Assembly (NCBI GenBank): GCA_963701855.1
Contig: CAVPBK010000009.1
Span: forward strand, 448,001 to 512,000
Origin: Nitrospirota bacterium
Lineage (GTDB): Bacteria > Nitrospirota > Nitrospiria > Nitrospirales > Nitrospiraceae
DNA length: 64,000 bases
Reading direction: 5' to 3'
In this document: one piece after another, positions 1 through 8,130 of the stretch
How the letters are laid out: every line of letters begins with the position of its first letter
Position numbering within the stretch: the first letter of the stretch is position 1
Position numbers and translations under genes: made by a program
Notes under the pieces: generated by a model
Told to the model about the DNA's origin: nothing
Databases searched by the model: none
Seen by the model: the letters and a program-made list of their open reading frames with translations, nothing else

Positions 1-685
1 CATAGGCTTTCCGCACCAATGTCGCGTCTTTCGCTTTGAGCGGGACAAGAATGGTATCGCGCGTCGTGCGCTCCACCAAGGTGCCGAGCGCAGTGCGCTG
101 ATGCTTGCCCAGGATGAGGTCGCCCTCCCAGTGGCCGGGAATGGCGCGGTCAGCTACTTCAGGAGGTCGTTCTTCGATCTAGAGCCTCGCCACTATTTTG
201 CCGCGTGTTTCTTCGTGGTTCCTACTCTTCCGTTTTCTTCGGTAGGCGCGCGCTTGCCGTAACGCCTTTATGAGCGTGGCGTTCAGCGACCCGCGAGGAA
301 GCACGTAGATAGAGCGGTAGATGGCCTCGTGTGAGATGCGCATGGTCCTATCATTAGGATACTCTGTGGCGATGCGCTTGACGATCTCACGAGGGGACCA
401 GCGCTTCCGCAATTTCTCCATGACGTAGACTCGCAAGCGATCGTCGCGCGTCAACCGACGCTTGCCCTGGTTGCGGGAGGAGGCACGTGCGTTCGCGCGG
501 TTCCCAGCCGAGAAGGCGCGATACCCGCTCTTCCCGCTGTTGTGCTGGACTTCGCGGGCGACGGTGCTCGGCGCCCGACCCAACCGCCGTACCATGGCCG
601 AGAGACTTGCTCCCTGCGCAAGCCCTCGGCTGACTTCCTCGCGTTCAGCTGCTGAAAGCCGATGGTATGGTGTTGTGGGAGGCAT
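1..685 (-). pseudogene. IS30-family transposase, interrupted by an in-frame TAG (179-181); runs off the window start
   Basis: The N-terminal HTH (RLSAAEREEVSRGL...LGRAPSTVAREV) and WSP/ISHEAIY motifs are IS30-like. Past the TAG the same frame reads [25 protein letters not shown]...LVERTTR, the IS30 DDE-domain start. Confidence 0.9.
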
Positions 686-849
686 ACGGATACATCGTAC
701 TCATATCCGTTGCGTTAAATGTCTGACTCCAAGCTGGAATACGTTGAGGATTTTTTCGGGCCGAGTACGACGCAGATGCCAGTAGATCGTTTGCCGCAGT
801 AGAATGGCATTACTCGGACAGGCTCCTGGAACCCTCGGTAAATCTTTAC

Positions 850-1000
850 ACTGTGAACGACATCAGCTGCTTGAATCGGACCTAACACGGTCTTCGGCGA
901 GGTCTTTCGTGGCATGGAGGTGGTGGACAAGATCGTCGCCGCCGTCCGAGAAGAAGCCGACAATCCCCTGGAGCTGATGACGATAACGGTGAAGGAATAC
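850..1000 (+). pseudogene. Decayed C-terminal fragment of a cyclophilin-type peptidyl-prolyl isomerase
   Basis: Manual translation gives VNDISCLNRT(frameshift)TVFGEVFRGMEVVDKIVAAVREEADNPLE, matching the cyclophilin tail YTVFGxVxxGMEVVDKI...DNP. Confidence 0.7.
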
Positions 1001-1098
1001 CCGAAGAACAGATGGCTGTTAACCTATAGCGAATGGCTAGAAGAAAACGTCTGTCTCACGCCAACCAAAACATTACCTCGCTGATCTTTATTTCTGGC

Positions 1099-1554
1099 CT
1101 AACTTTCAACTTCCCGCAATGACTTTGGCCGAAAGCCCCGGTACAGAACCCACGCAATGAGGCCCACCAGAGCGCCCACAACGTAGTGGTGCGGTTCAGG
1201 AAACTTCTTTCCCCCTGGTTCAGAAACCTTCCCTTCGAAGAATCTCATCGGATATCCTTTGAGTTCTTCAATTTGTTGAAATGTGAAGGTTAACTCTTGT
1301 GCCGTGTGGTCGAATGAATTCTCGAATGGTTTCAATGTTACCGTTCCTTCGGAGCAGGAAAGTGACTCGATTGCAGGTGAGTCATAGGAGCGAAAAAACT
1401 CCTGCTCTTCTGAACCTAGAGTTTGAATAGTGACATTATACCCAAATGATGTCATTGCTCCACCGTTACTCCTGTAAAGCTTAATACTCGACTGAGGCCT
1501 CTCAATTTGACAACTTGCTATAAACTCATCGATGAAATTCAGGTACGTAACCAC
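1099..1554 (-). CDS. Hypothetical protein with C-terminal transmembrane helix; AT-rich, start uncertain
   Basis: 151-aa ORF ending YVVGALVGLIAWVLYRGFR; visibly lower GC than its neighbours. Confidence 0.5.
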   Translation of the reverse strand: MVTYLNFIDEFIASCQIERPQSSIKLYRSNGGAMTSFGYNVTIQTLGSEEQEFFRSYDSPAIESLSCSEGTVTLKPFENSFDHTAQELTFTFQQIEELKGYPMRFFEGKVSEPGGKKFPEPHHYVVGALVGLIAWVLYRGFRPKSLREVES

Positions 1555-1659
1555 AGGCTGAAAGACAGAGAATCCAATGGCGAGGGCCCCGAAGAAGACT
1601 GATAAGAATTCGAGCTTCCATCTTTTAATTCTAGCATGCCTCCACCATGCGCCTTCCAG

Positions 1660-1815
1660 GCCGCTCAGGCGTCACCCACGGGGGCGCACGGAGCGACAAT
1701 AGGGGGCTACCACGTCTTGCGCGCCGCACGAGTCGGTGAGAGCGCGTTCCGGAGGGTCCGTTGAGGATGTTTTTCGAGGTGAGAACGCAGCTGGGAATCT
1801 GTTTCAGCAGCCGAA
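1660..1815. repeat. Degenerate member of intergenic MITE-like family A
   Basis: The 3' part (gttgaggatg...gagaacgcagctggg...tttcagcagcc) resembles the 3' end of the copies at 3148 and 16764. Confidence 0.45.
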
Positions 1816-1816
1816 G

Positions 1817-3064
1817 CTAGAAGAAGGCCATGCTGGCATACGTGACCGTCGAGTTGTACTGGTCGGTGATCCCGCGGTCGTAGCGTAACACCTGCCCACT
1901 CTCCGCCTCGATCAGCCGTAGCAACGAATAGATGGGTGAGAAACCGGAGATCCGGCGCTGGTCCTGCTCTTTCCTGATGTAGTTGGCGAACTCTTCAGGC
2001 TGTCGCTCCTCCACCGGCTTCAGCATTTCCAGGTCGAACTGCATGCAGCGATGAAAGGAGAAGTCCGTCGGAGGGGCCTTGTCCCCGTAGCGCATACCCA
2101 GATGCGCCAACTCTCCCGCTGCAATCACACAGTAGTCCCTGCCCGATTGCATGAGGGCCGCTCGAAGTCCTGACAAAAACTGGTCGACCGAATGGCGAAC
2201 AGTCGGATCTCCCAGGCTCGACGCGGAGAAGGCACTCAAGATCGGAACGATGGTAAAGGACTTCTTGCTCCCCACGATGTCCTGAAGAAACGGGAGCTGA
2301 AATTCCACGGCCTGCTCCGACTGATGGCAGAGATCGTCCTCGAAGAACGTTGGGAGGCTGGCCTTGAGCTGACTCAGAATCGGTTGATCGGCAGTGACGA
2401 CCCCGAGAGGCGTTTCAAAATCCTTATCCGTCACGGCAAACACATGATCCAATCCGGCAGAGGCTGTGCCGATGATGACGAACAGATCCGGCTGTTCCGC
2501 ATCTTGCAGCTCTTTATAGGCCCAGGCATAGACCGGCCCTGCTTGCTTCAGATCATAGGTCGGCGCGACGAGGCCTTTAATTTTTTTCCCTGCATGTTCT
2601 GACGGTTTGAAGTCCGGCCCTTCTTTCGATGTAAAAAATCCATCAATCTGTTTTTTCAGTTTCGTTCCGTCTGCTTCGTAGCCCCGCCCGGCAAACGCCG
2701 CGCGGCGCAGCGGGGTCTGCCGATAGGCGTCCCGCGCCATCCGGCGAGCGTCCTCAGCACGCTGACCTTCCAAGAATAACTTTTCATTCAGGTCGGAAAC
2801 TAGCTGATCCATCTTGCTGGGAACGAGGAATTCACCGAATCGTTTGAGATACAATGCTCCGATTTCCGCCAGCGAATGCTCGCCGTCGAAATGCTGAATG
2901 ATGAAAAAATAGTTGAGCGGCAGCACGAGCTTTTCCTTGCTCAGTCCCGTGGGATCCCATAGAACCATGTACTGCTCTTCACCTTCTTTGATCGGCGAGA
3001 ATTGTAGATTACGAAGAGCGGGGCACTGTTTGGGATCGTTAGCGGTGCCGGTCGTAGTAGTCAT
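1817..3064 (-). CDS. amrB: AmmeMemoRadiSam protein B / MEMO1-family protein with N-terminal extension and degenerate metal site
   Basis: MEMO-like motifs RRAAFAGRGY, FETPLG, EFQLPFLQ and the TVTYASMAF terminus; extra ~100-aa N-terminal domain. Confidence 0.8.
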   Translation of the reverse strand: MTTTTGTANDPKQCPALRNLQFSPIKEGEEQYMVLWDPTGLSKEKLVLPLNYFFIIQHFDGEHSLAEIGALYLKRFGEFLVPSKMDQLVSDLNEKLFLEGQRAEDARRMARDAYRQTPLRRAAFAGRGYEADGTKLKKQIDGFFTSKEGPDFKPSEHAGKKIKGLVAPTYDLKQAGPVYAWAYKELQDAEQPDLFVIIGTASAGLDHVFAVTDKDFETPLGVVTADQPILSQLKASLPTFFEDDLCHQSEQAVEFQLPFLQDIVGSKKSFTIVPILSAFSASSLGDPTVRHSVDQFLSGLRAALMQSGRDYCVIAAGELAHLGMRYGDKAPPTDFSFHRCMQFDLEMLKPVEERQPEEFANYIRKEQDQRRISGFSPIYSLLRLIEAESGQVLRYDRGITDQYNSTVTYASMAFF

Positions 3065-3147
3065 GACGCTCCTTCTTGGACCGCCATTGTAGCCAAGGAA
3101 TTACGCTTGCTGCAACCGCTGATCTGGTTCATTTGGAGAACACTCCT

Positions 3148-3273
3148 GCAGGATGCTCAAAAAGGCCGTTCAGCAAGGCCGCAGCGAGTGAGGGGCCGAG
3201 GCGTACCCTCTGAGGTACGTTGAGGGTCTGAACGATGCGAGAACAATGCTGGCGGACTTTTTCAGCATCCTGC
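3148..3273. repeat. MITE-like intergenic repeat, family A (~125 bp)
   Basis: Terminal inverted repeats GCAGGATGCTCAAAAAG / CTTTTTCAGCATCCTGC (16/17); near copy at 16764. Confidence 0.85.
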
Positions 3274-4025
3274 TACTCTTCTTTGGGCTGCTTGCTGCTA
3301 GATCGGCGAGCCATCACTACCAACATGAGGATGGTTAACCCTCCGAGCCAGAGGCTCGGCCTGCCATAGGAGGGGTCGGTGAACTCGATGAGGTCGGTCA
3401 ATCGCCCGATCAAGAGCGACATGCGAGCCATTACTGTATAGCCAAAGGCTGCACCGAACGCGATCATCAGGAACATGATGCCCGTGCGGGCTACGACCTT
3501 GCCTGGCCCAGTATGTTCGACGGAGAAAAAGAAGTAGAACAGCACCGAGCTGACGCCGACCAGGATGATAATGATGTTCAGGCTGCTGGACGGATTCAGG
3601 AGATTCCAGGTAAAGGTGACACCTTCTCCCGGTACCAGCGTCAATAGCGGGCGGACCGTATCCTCGATCTGTTTCAAGATAAAGGACGAGATCGTCCGTG
3701 GAATAGCGAGCCCCGATCCTACTCCCACGATAAAAGCAAACGCGTAGCGCGAGATCCAAGCGGCTTTGGGGACATAGCGCGTGAGCATGAGCGTCCCGAT
3801 GGCGACTGGAACCAACAACGTCCACTCCCCGTTCTCGACGATCGGCTTCCAGATTAGCTGCACGACCACCGTGTCATAGGTTTTGATGATCGTATAGCCG
3901 ACCGATACGCCAACGTAGAGATTCTCCGCCAGCTTAAAGAGCGGGTTGTCCTTATAGAGGAACGTGAAGATGAAGAGAGTCAACCCCGTCGCCACCCACG
4001 CCCCGACGATCAATTCAAACGCCAT
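3273..4025 (-). CDS. Polytopic membrane protein of the GlmL-associated operon
   Basis: 250 aa with about 7 hydrophobic segments; 6 bp from the upstream gene. Confidence 0.85.
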   Translation of the reverse strand: MAFELIVGAWVATGLTLFIFTFLYKDNPLFKLAENLYVGVSVGYTIIKTYDTVVVQLIWKPIVENGEWTLLVPVAIGTLMLTRYVPKAAWISRYAFAFIVGVGSGLAIPRTISSFILKQIEDTVRPLLTLVPGEGVTFTWNLLNPSSSLNIIIILVGVSSVLFYFFFSVEHTGPGKVVARTGIMFLMIAFGAAFGYTVMARMSLLIGRLTDLIEFTDPSYGRPSLWLGGLTILMLVVMARRSSSKQPKEE

Positions 4026-4031
4026 CGCTCG

Positions 4032-4877
4032 TTATGCCCCCGCCTGGCCCTGCTGTCGGGCTCTGTTGCGCGATGAGAAATAGAACAGGTTACACATGAT
4101 GACCAGCACAATAATGGCGAGATGCGTAGCCGACTGCGCATCCATGCCGGCGACGGCCTTGCCCTTCTGTCCGATAAGAATTTCATATTCTGCCGCACCC
4201 CGCAGGCCCCCGATCAGGCCATTGATCTGCCCACTCCGCAACAACGGATAGAGCCCCGGCGCCATGACGCCCGTACAGCCGCCGCCGAGCTCGAACTTGT
4301 ATTTATCCTTACCGAAGACATACCAAGCTTCCACACCGGGATTGCCAGCGCCCAGGCTGACGACATAGTTCACATCGCGCAGATTCGCGACACCGTGCAG
4401 TACTGGCAAGCCTTTCGTAGGTTTGCCATTGTAGTCGGCTGGGAACGCCCCATAGAGGTCTTGCCCCATGTTGATAATGACGGCGGTCCCACCTGGGCTC
4501 CAGCCGAGGAACACATAATCCTTTCCGCTTTCTTTGCCCATCTCGCGGGCGACTTGCGTGACGACCTGGTCGGCCATTCCTGTGCCGGAGACCCAGAGCG
4601 TCATCGCGATCACGCGGAGGTTCTTTCTGAAGGCATGACGCAGCAATGAAATCGATTGAGGATGCAACTCGGGCTTCGACGCCGGATCGAAGTCCAGCGA
4701 GAGCAGAAACACAGATCCCTCAGGGAGCGACTCGATATGGTCGTAGACCCCATGAACCTCCGGAGAAATCTTGATCGGCAATCCCACCGGGTAGAGCAGC
4801 GGCAAGAGCGTGCAGATGCCGATCACCAGGAAGATGATCCGCCGGTCGATCTTCAGCATGCGTTCAGCGAAGGTCAT
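4032..4877 (-). CDS. Membrane-anchored alpha/beta-domain protein, probable DUF6754-like paralogue
   Basis: 281 aa with N- and C-terminal TM helices; its C-terminus aligns by eye with that of 5604-6911. Confidence 0.8.
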   Translation of the reverse strand: MTFAERMLKIDRRIIFLVIGICTLLPLLYPVGLPIKISPEVHGVYDHIESLPEGSVFLLSLDFDPASKPELHPQSISLLRHAFRKNLRVIAMTLWVSGTGMADQVVTQVAREMGKESGKDYVFLGWSPGGTAVIINMGQDLYGAFPADYNGKPTKGLPVLHGVANLRDVNYVVSLGAGNPGVEAWYVFGKDKYKFELGGGCTGVMAPGLYPLLRSGQINGLIGGLRGAAEYEILIGQKGKAVAGMDAQSATHLAIIVLVIMCNLFYFSSRNRARQQGQAGA

Positions 4878-4956
4878 CGTGAGACCGTTGCTCGTGAATC
4901 GTTAACCATTAATCGACTTACTTTTTCGTTTAACGAATAACGTTGAACGTATAACG
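4878..4956. repeat. Inverted heptamer arrays forming a hairpin
   Basis: cgttgct cgtgaat cgttaac cattaat ... tttaacg aataacg ttgaacg tataacg. Confidence 0.7.
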
Positions 4957-5607
4957 TCATTCCTTTCCGCCTCCAAGATACGACCGTTCCATGCCGAAGA
5001 TGATCTTGATGGAGAGCGCGACAGTTCCAAGGCTGACGCCGATCAGGATCGCACGCCGCACCGACGCATTCAGCACGTTCAAGATCCACTGAGAGAGGTC
5101 GCCGCTGAGCGGGATCAAATATTCTCCGAGCGGGACGCGGCCCATCATGACAATCACCGCCGCAATGAGCAGCACCGCCGCCTCGCGGCTCCGCGCGCGG
5201 AACGACCGATAGGCTGCCGAGGCGATGAAGAACGCGAGGATGGCGAACATCGTCCCTTGCAGCGGGACCATCATGAAGTTATAGAACCACCCGAAGGCGG
5301 TCATGGTGCCGTCGACGGCTTCCTTGCCGTTCGACCAGAAACCGACCGCTATGGTGCCCAGCATGCTGACATAGAGGACAAAACTATAGCCCCAACCCGC
5401 TTCTTTGCGCCGGATCTTGGCGGCATGGACGTGGAATAGGCTGCTGACGCCCAGCACCAGCGCGAACCCCCCGATGATCTGGAGCCACTTCGTGACGGAG
5501 GTCAGCATCTGCTCCGAAGCCGGATGCGGCACATAATATTGCGCCGCCATCGCCAGCCCGGCGATGAGCGTAATCAGGAGCGGAACCTGTCGGCGCAGGA
5601 AGATCAT
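4957..5607 (-). CDS. Polytopic membrane protein of the GlmL-associated operon
   Basis: Start MIFLRRQ at 5607 overlaps the upstream stop (ATGA); about 6 TM helices. Confidence 0.85.
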   Translation of the reverse strand: MIFLRRQVPLLITLIAGLAMAAQYYVPHPASEQMLTSVTKWLQIIGGFALVLGVSSLFHVHAAKIRRKEAGWGYSFVLYVSMLGTIAVGFWSNGKEAVDGTMTAFGWFYNFMMVPLQGTMFAILAFFIASAAYRSFRARSREAAVLLIAAVIVMMGRVPLGEYLIPLSGDLSQWILNVLNASVRRAILIGVSLGTVALSIKIIFGMERSYLGGGKE

Positions 5608-6911
5608 TTCACATCCCGGAAAAAATCCAGAAATAATTTCGGCCACTGCGCGTCGAGAATCACCCCGAGAGTGGCCAGTATGGTCCCGATGCCAAGCACA
5701 CCGAGGATCAGCGCTTTGCCGATATCTTGCCCGCGCAGCGTGCCGACCTGAACCGGTTCTCTGGAGAGATAGGCGCTGGCGGCGTACAACTCCTCGCCGA
5801 TCAAGGTGTAGTCGCAAGTCGTCACAAAGAACGGAAGCTGGTGATCGGAGTCAGTCCCGGCAATCTGGATCGCGCCGGTGCTCGCGCCCGTTTCTGTCAA
5901 CAGCAACGCCTCGGCGAAATAATGCCCCATAAAGAAGTTCGCTGCGGGTTTTTTGCGCAACATGATGCCGTCCACCGCTGCGGTATAGCTGAATTGATCC
6001 GACGTAATAAAAAAATTCGAGTCGTCTTTATAGAGATCGGGTTTTCCGGCTTCCAGATACGCCTGTTTGGTAATTTCCTGGCAGACAGCCATGGTAATGG
6101 GATCGCGGTGGGGCACAAGCAAATCGGTTTCATAGGCTGCGGTGCGTTTGGCCACGCGCCCGAGAATAACCGCCGCAGCAATGGTGGAAGGGTCGCTCAT
6201 GTCGTGGGCGCCGGTTAGGTAGAGAATCGGTTTGCCCAGCTCCGTCGCGCGGCCGATGGCCTCATCCACAGCATCGAGCCCGGGTATGCGCCGGAGGAAG
6301 ATCTCCCGTTTTCTGGCTGTACTAATGGCATAGAACACGATGCCGCCGAACAGGAGCGCCAACAGAAGATTGTTCATCTGATTCCAGTTGATCCAGTTCG
6401 GTTGCGGTGTGGCCTGAACCGGTGTGGCGATGACACGATCGTCGTTCAGCACGGCAGCCACGGTGATGCTGTACGCATTCCCGTTTTTGAGCTCGACTCC
6501 CCTTCCATTCTTCAGCGTGAACTGATGCTGCTCTCCAGTCGTCGGCCTCGTCCACCAAGGCCATTTCGATTCTCGGACATAGCGCTGGTTCGCAGGGAAC
6601 TCCGCCACGACTTTCATCGCAGCCGGATCTTGCACAGTGGTTCCTTCGCTGAGTAAGACTTGATATTTGGCCACGGCACTATCGTAAGGAGCGGGCGACC
6701 AGAGCAGGGTCAGACTGCCGCCGCCATCACTGGGGGTGTCGAACGCCCGAACGTCTTGAGGTGGCGCGAGAGACATCTTCGTCTGGGCGTCGGTTTGGGC
6801 AAGCACCGGCGAAACAGACAGGCAAAGAGCAGCGACTTGCAGCAGAATGCCCGCGCATACTGAACGAGCATTCTCACGTTTCACGTTTAATGTTTCACCT
6901 CTCACGGGCAC
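5604..6911 (-). CDS. DUF6754-domain membrane protein with signal peptide and FN3-like N-terminal domain
   Basis: Signal peptide, then APPQDVRAFDTPSDGGGSLTLLWSP (FN3-like), a TM helix, IRRIPGLDAVDEAIGRATELG-type and LPFFVTTCDYTLIGEELYAASAYLS motifs, and a C-terminal TM helix. Family recalled from memory. Confidence 0.8.
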   Translation of the reverse strand: MPVRGETLNVKRENARSVCAGILLQVAALCLSVSPVLAQTDAQTKMSLAPPQDVRAFDTPSDGGGSLTLLWSPAPYDSAVAKYQVLLSEGTTVQDPAAMKVVAEFPANQRYVRESKWPWWTRPTTGEQHQFTLKNGRGVELKNGNAYSITVAAVLNDDRVIATPVQATPQPNWINWNQMNNLLLALLFGGIVFYAISTARKREIFLRRIPGLDAVDEAIGRATELGKPILYLTGAHDMSDPSTIAAAVILGRVAKRTAAYETDLLVPHRDPITMAVCQEITKQAYLEAGKPDLYKDDSNFFITSDQFSYTAAVDGIMLRKKPAANFFMGHYFAEALLLTETGASTGAIQIAGTDSDHQLPFFVTTCDYTLIGEELYAASAYLSREPVQVGTLRGQDIGKALILGVLGIGTILATLGVILDAQWPKLFLDFFRDVK

Positions 6912-8044
6912 TAGGCTCCTTCAATCAATTCAATATTCGTCCGCGGAATGACGGCCTTGCTGCCGTCGGCAAAGCGAACTTCCATCACACGCACGTCACT
7001 CTCGGTCGGAATCTTCTGGAGATCGGACGGCAAACTTGCAACTTCACCGATCTTGCCGAACAACGGGTCTCGAATGATGCGAACCTGGTCGCCGATCCTG
7101 ATCCCTTCCCTCTGCGGCACGGTGGCCGCATTGTGAGCGCCCGCTGCGTCTGCCTGTTTGGGAATGATGATCTCCGGACGAATGACGCCGGCACGAATTT
7201 GCGTGGCGCCTGAAATAGACGCCTGTTGTCCTGCATGGGCTGAAAGCAGCGCGAACGTTTTGCCGGCCATGGGGATGGAGCCGAACCCTTCGGTGAGAAT
7301 CAGGGTAAAACCGACCTGTTCCGTGCCCGTGATGGCCACGCCAAGGTCGTAGCCAAGCAGCGCTCGCAAATCCTTATCGTGAATGCCGCCAATCACCAAA
7401 CCTGCAACCCCCACTTCCTTCGCGCGAGCCAGCGCGTCGGAAGAGATGAAGGAACCTCCCACGACGACCTTGCCTTTCATGTCCGCGGTGAGGTGACGAG
7501 GCGTCAGCGCTTCGTCCGGTGACGTCACCGCGATCACAATCTCGCCCCTGGTTTCACCGCCGATGCCAAAGATGCCCTGCACCAGACTGCAATCGGTTTC
7601 GACCACGACACCTTGCTGCGGAATCACCTCGACGATTCGCCCATCGACATAGCCCAGCAACTCCAACACGCGAGGCGGCTCCCGCAACAGAACCTGCCCC
7701 GTAACTGCCGACAGGGATTCCACGACGCCGGTGATCGGCGAACGTACTTCCGTTTTGAGCCACTTGATGAGTGGTTTGTTCTCGGCCAGGATCTCGTCCT
7801 TCTGCACCGAATCGCCGGCCTTTTTGATCAAATACTCGTGAATCTCATCCGGTGCTACGCCCAACTGATTGGCAAGATTCAGGGGATAGACCTTCCCTGG
7901 CAATTCCGCACGAGCCACCGCCTGACTCGCGCGCACAGCCTCTCCGGTTGCGACCAGCAAGATACCAGGCAGCGACAACATCCGCCGTCGCCGGATCGTT
8001 GTGTGCTCTGTAACGGTTAAGCCTGGGGTATAGGAATGAGCCAT
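6911..8044 (-). CDS. Conserved hypothetical protein with barrel-sandwich-hybrid-like repeats and C-terminal KOW motif
   Basis: VATGEAVRASQAVA and KKAGDSVQKDEILA...VRSPITGVV repeats; IGDQVRIIRDPLFGKIGEV is KOW-like. Confidence 0.8.
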   Translation of the reverse strand: MAHSYTPGLTVTEHTTIRRRRMLSLPGILLVATGEAVRASQAVARAELPGKVYPLNLANQLGVAPDEIHEYLIKKAGDSVQKDEILAENKPLIKWLKTEVRSPITGVVESLSAVTGQVLLREPPRVLELLGYVDGRIVEVIPQQGVVVETDCSLVQGIFGIGGETRGEIVIAVTSPDEALTPRHLTADMKGKVVVGGSFISSDALARAKEVGVAGLVIGGIHDKDLRALLGYDLGVAITGTEQVGFTLILTEGFGSIPMAGKTFALLSAHAGQQASISGATQIRAGVIRPEIIIPKQADAAGAHNAATVPQREGIRIGDQVRIIRDPLFGKIGEVASLPSDLQKIPTESDVRVMEVRFADGSKAVIPRTNIELIEGA

Positions 8045-8054
8045 CGTTAAAATA

Positions 8055-8130
8055 GGTTAAGGTCGAGGTTTAGGTGAACAATACGCACTGCTCTCGGTCC
8101 TTCTTAGCCTCAGCCTTAACCTCAACCTGC
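8055..8130. repeat. Inverted hexamer arrays forming a hairpin
   Basis: ggttaa ggtcga ggttta gg ... cttagc ctcagc cttaac ctcaac ct. Confidence 0.7.
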
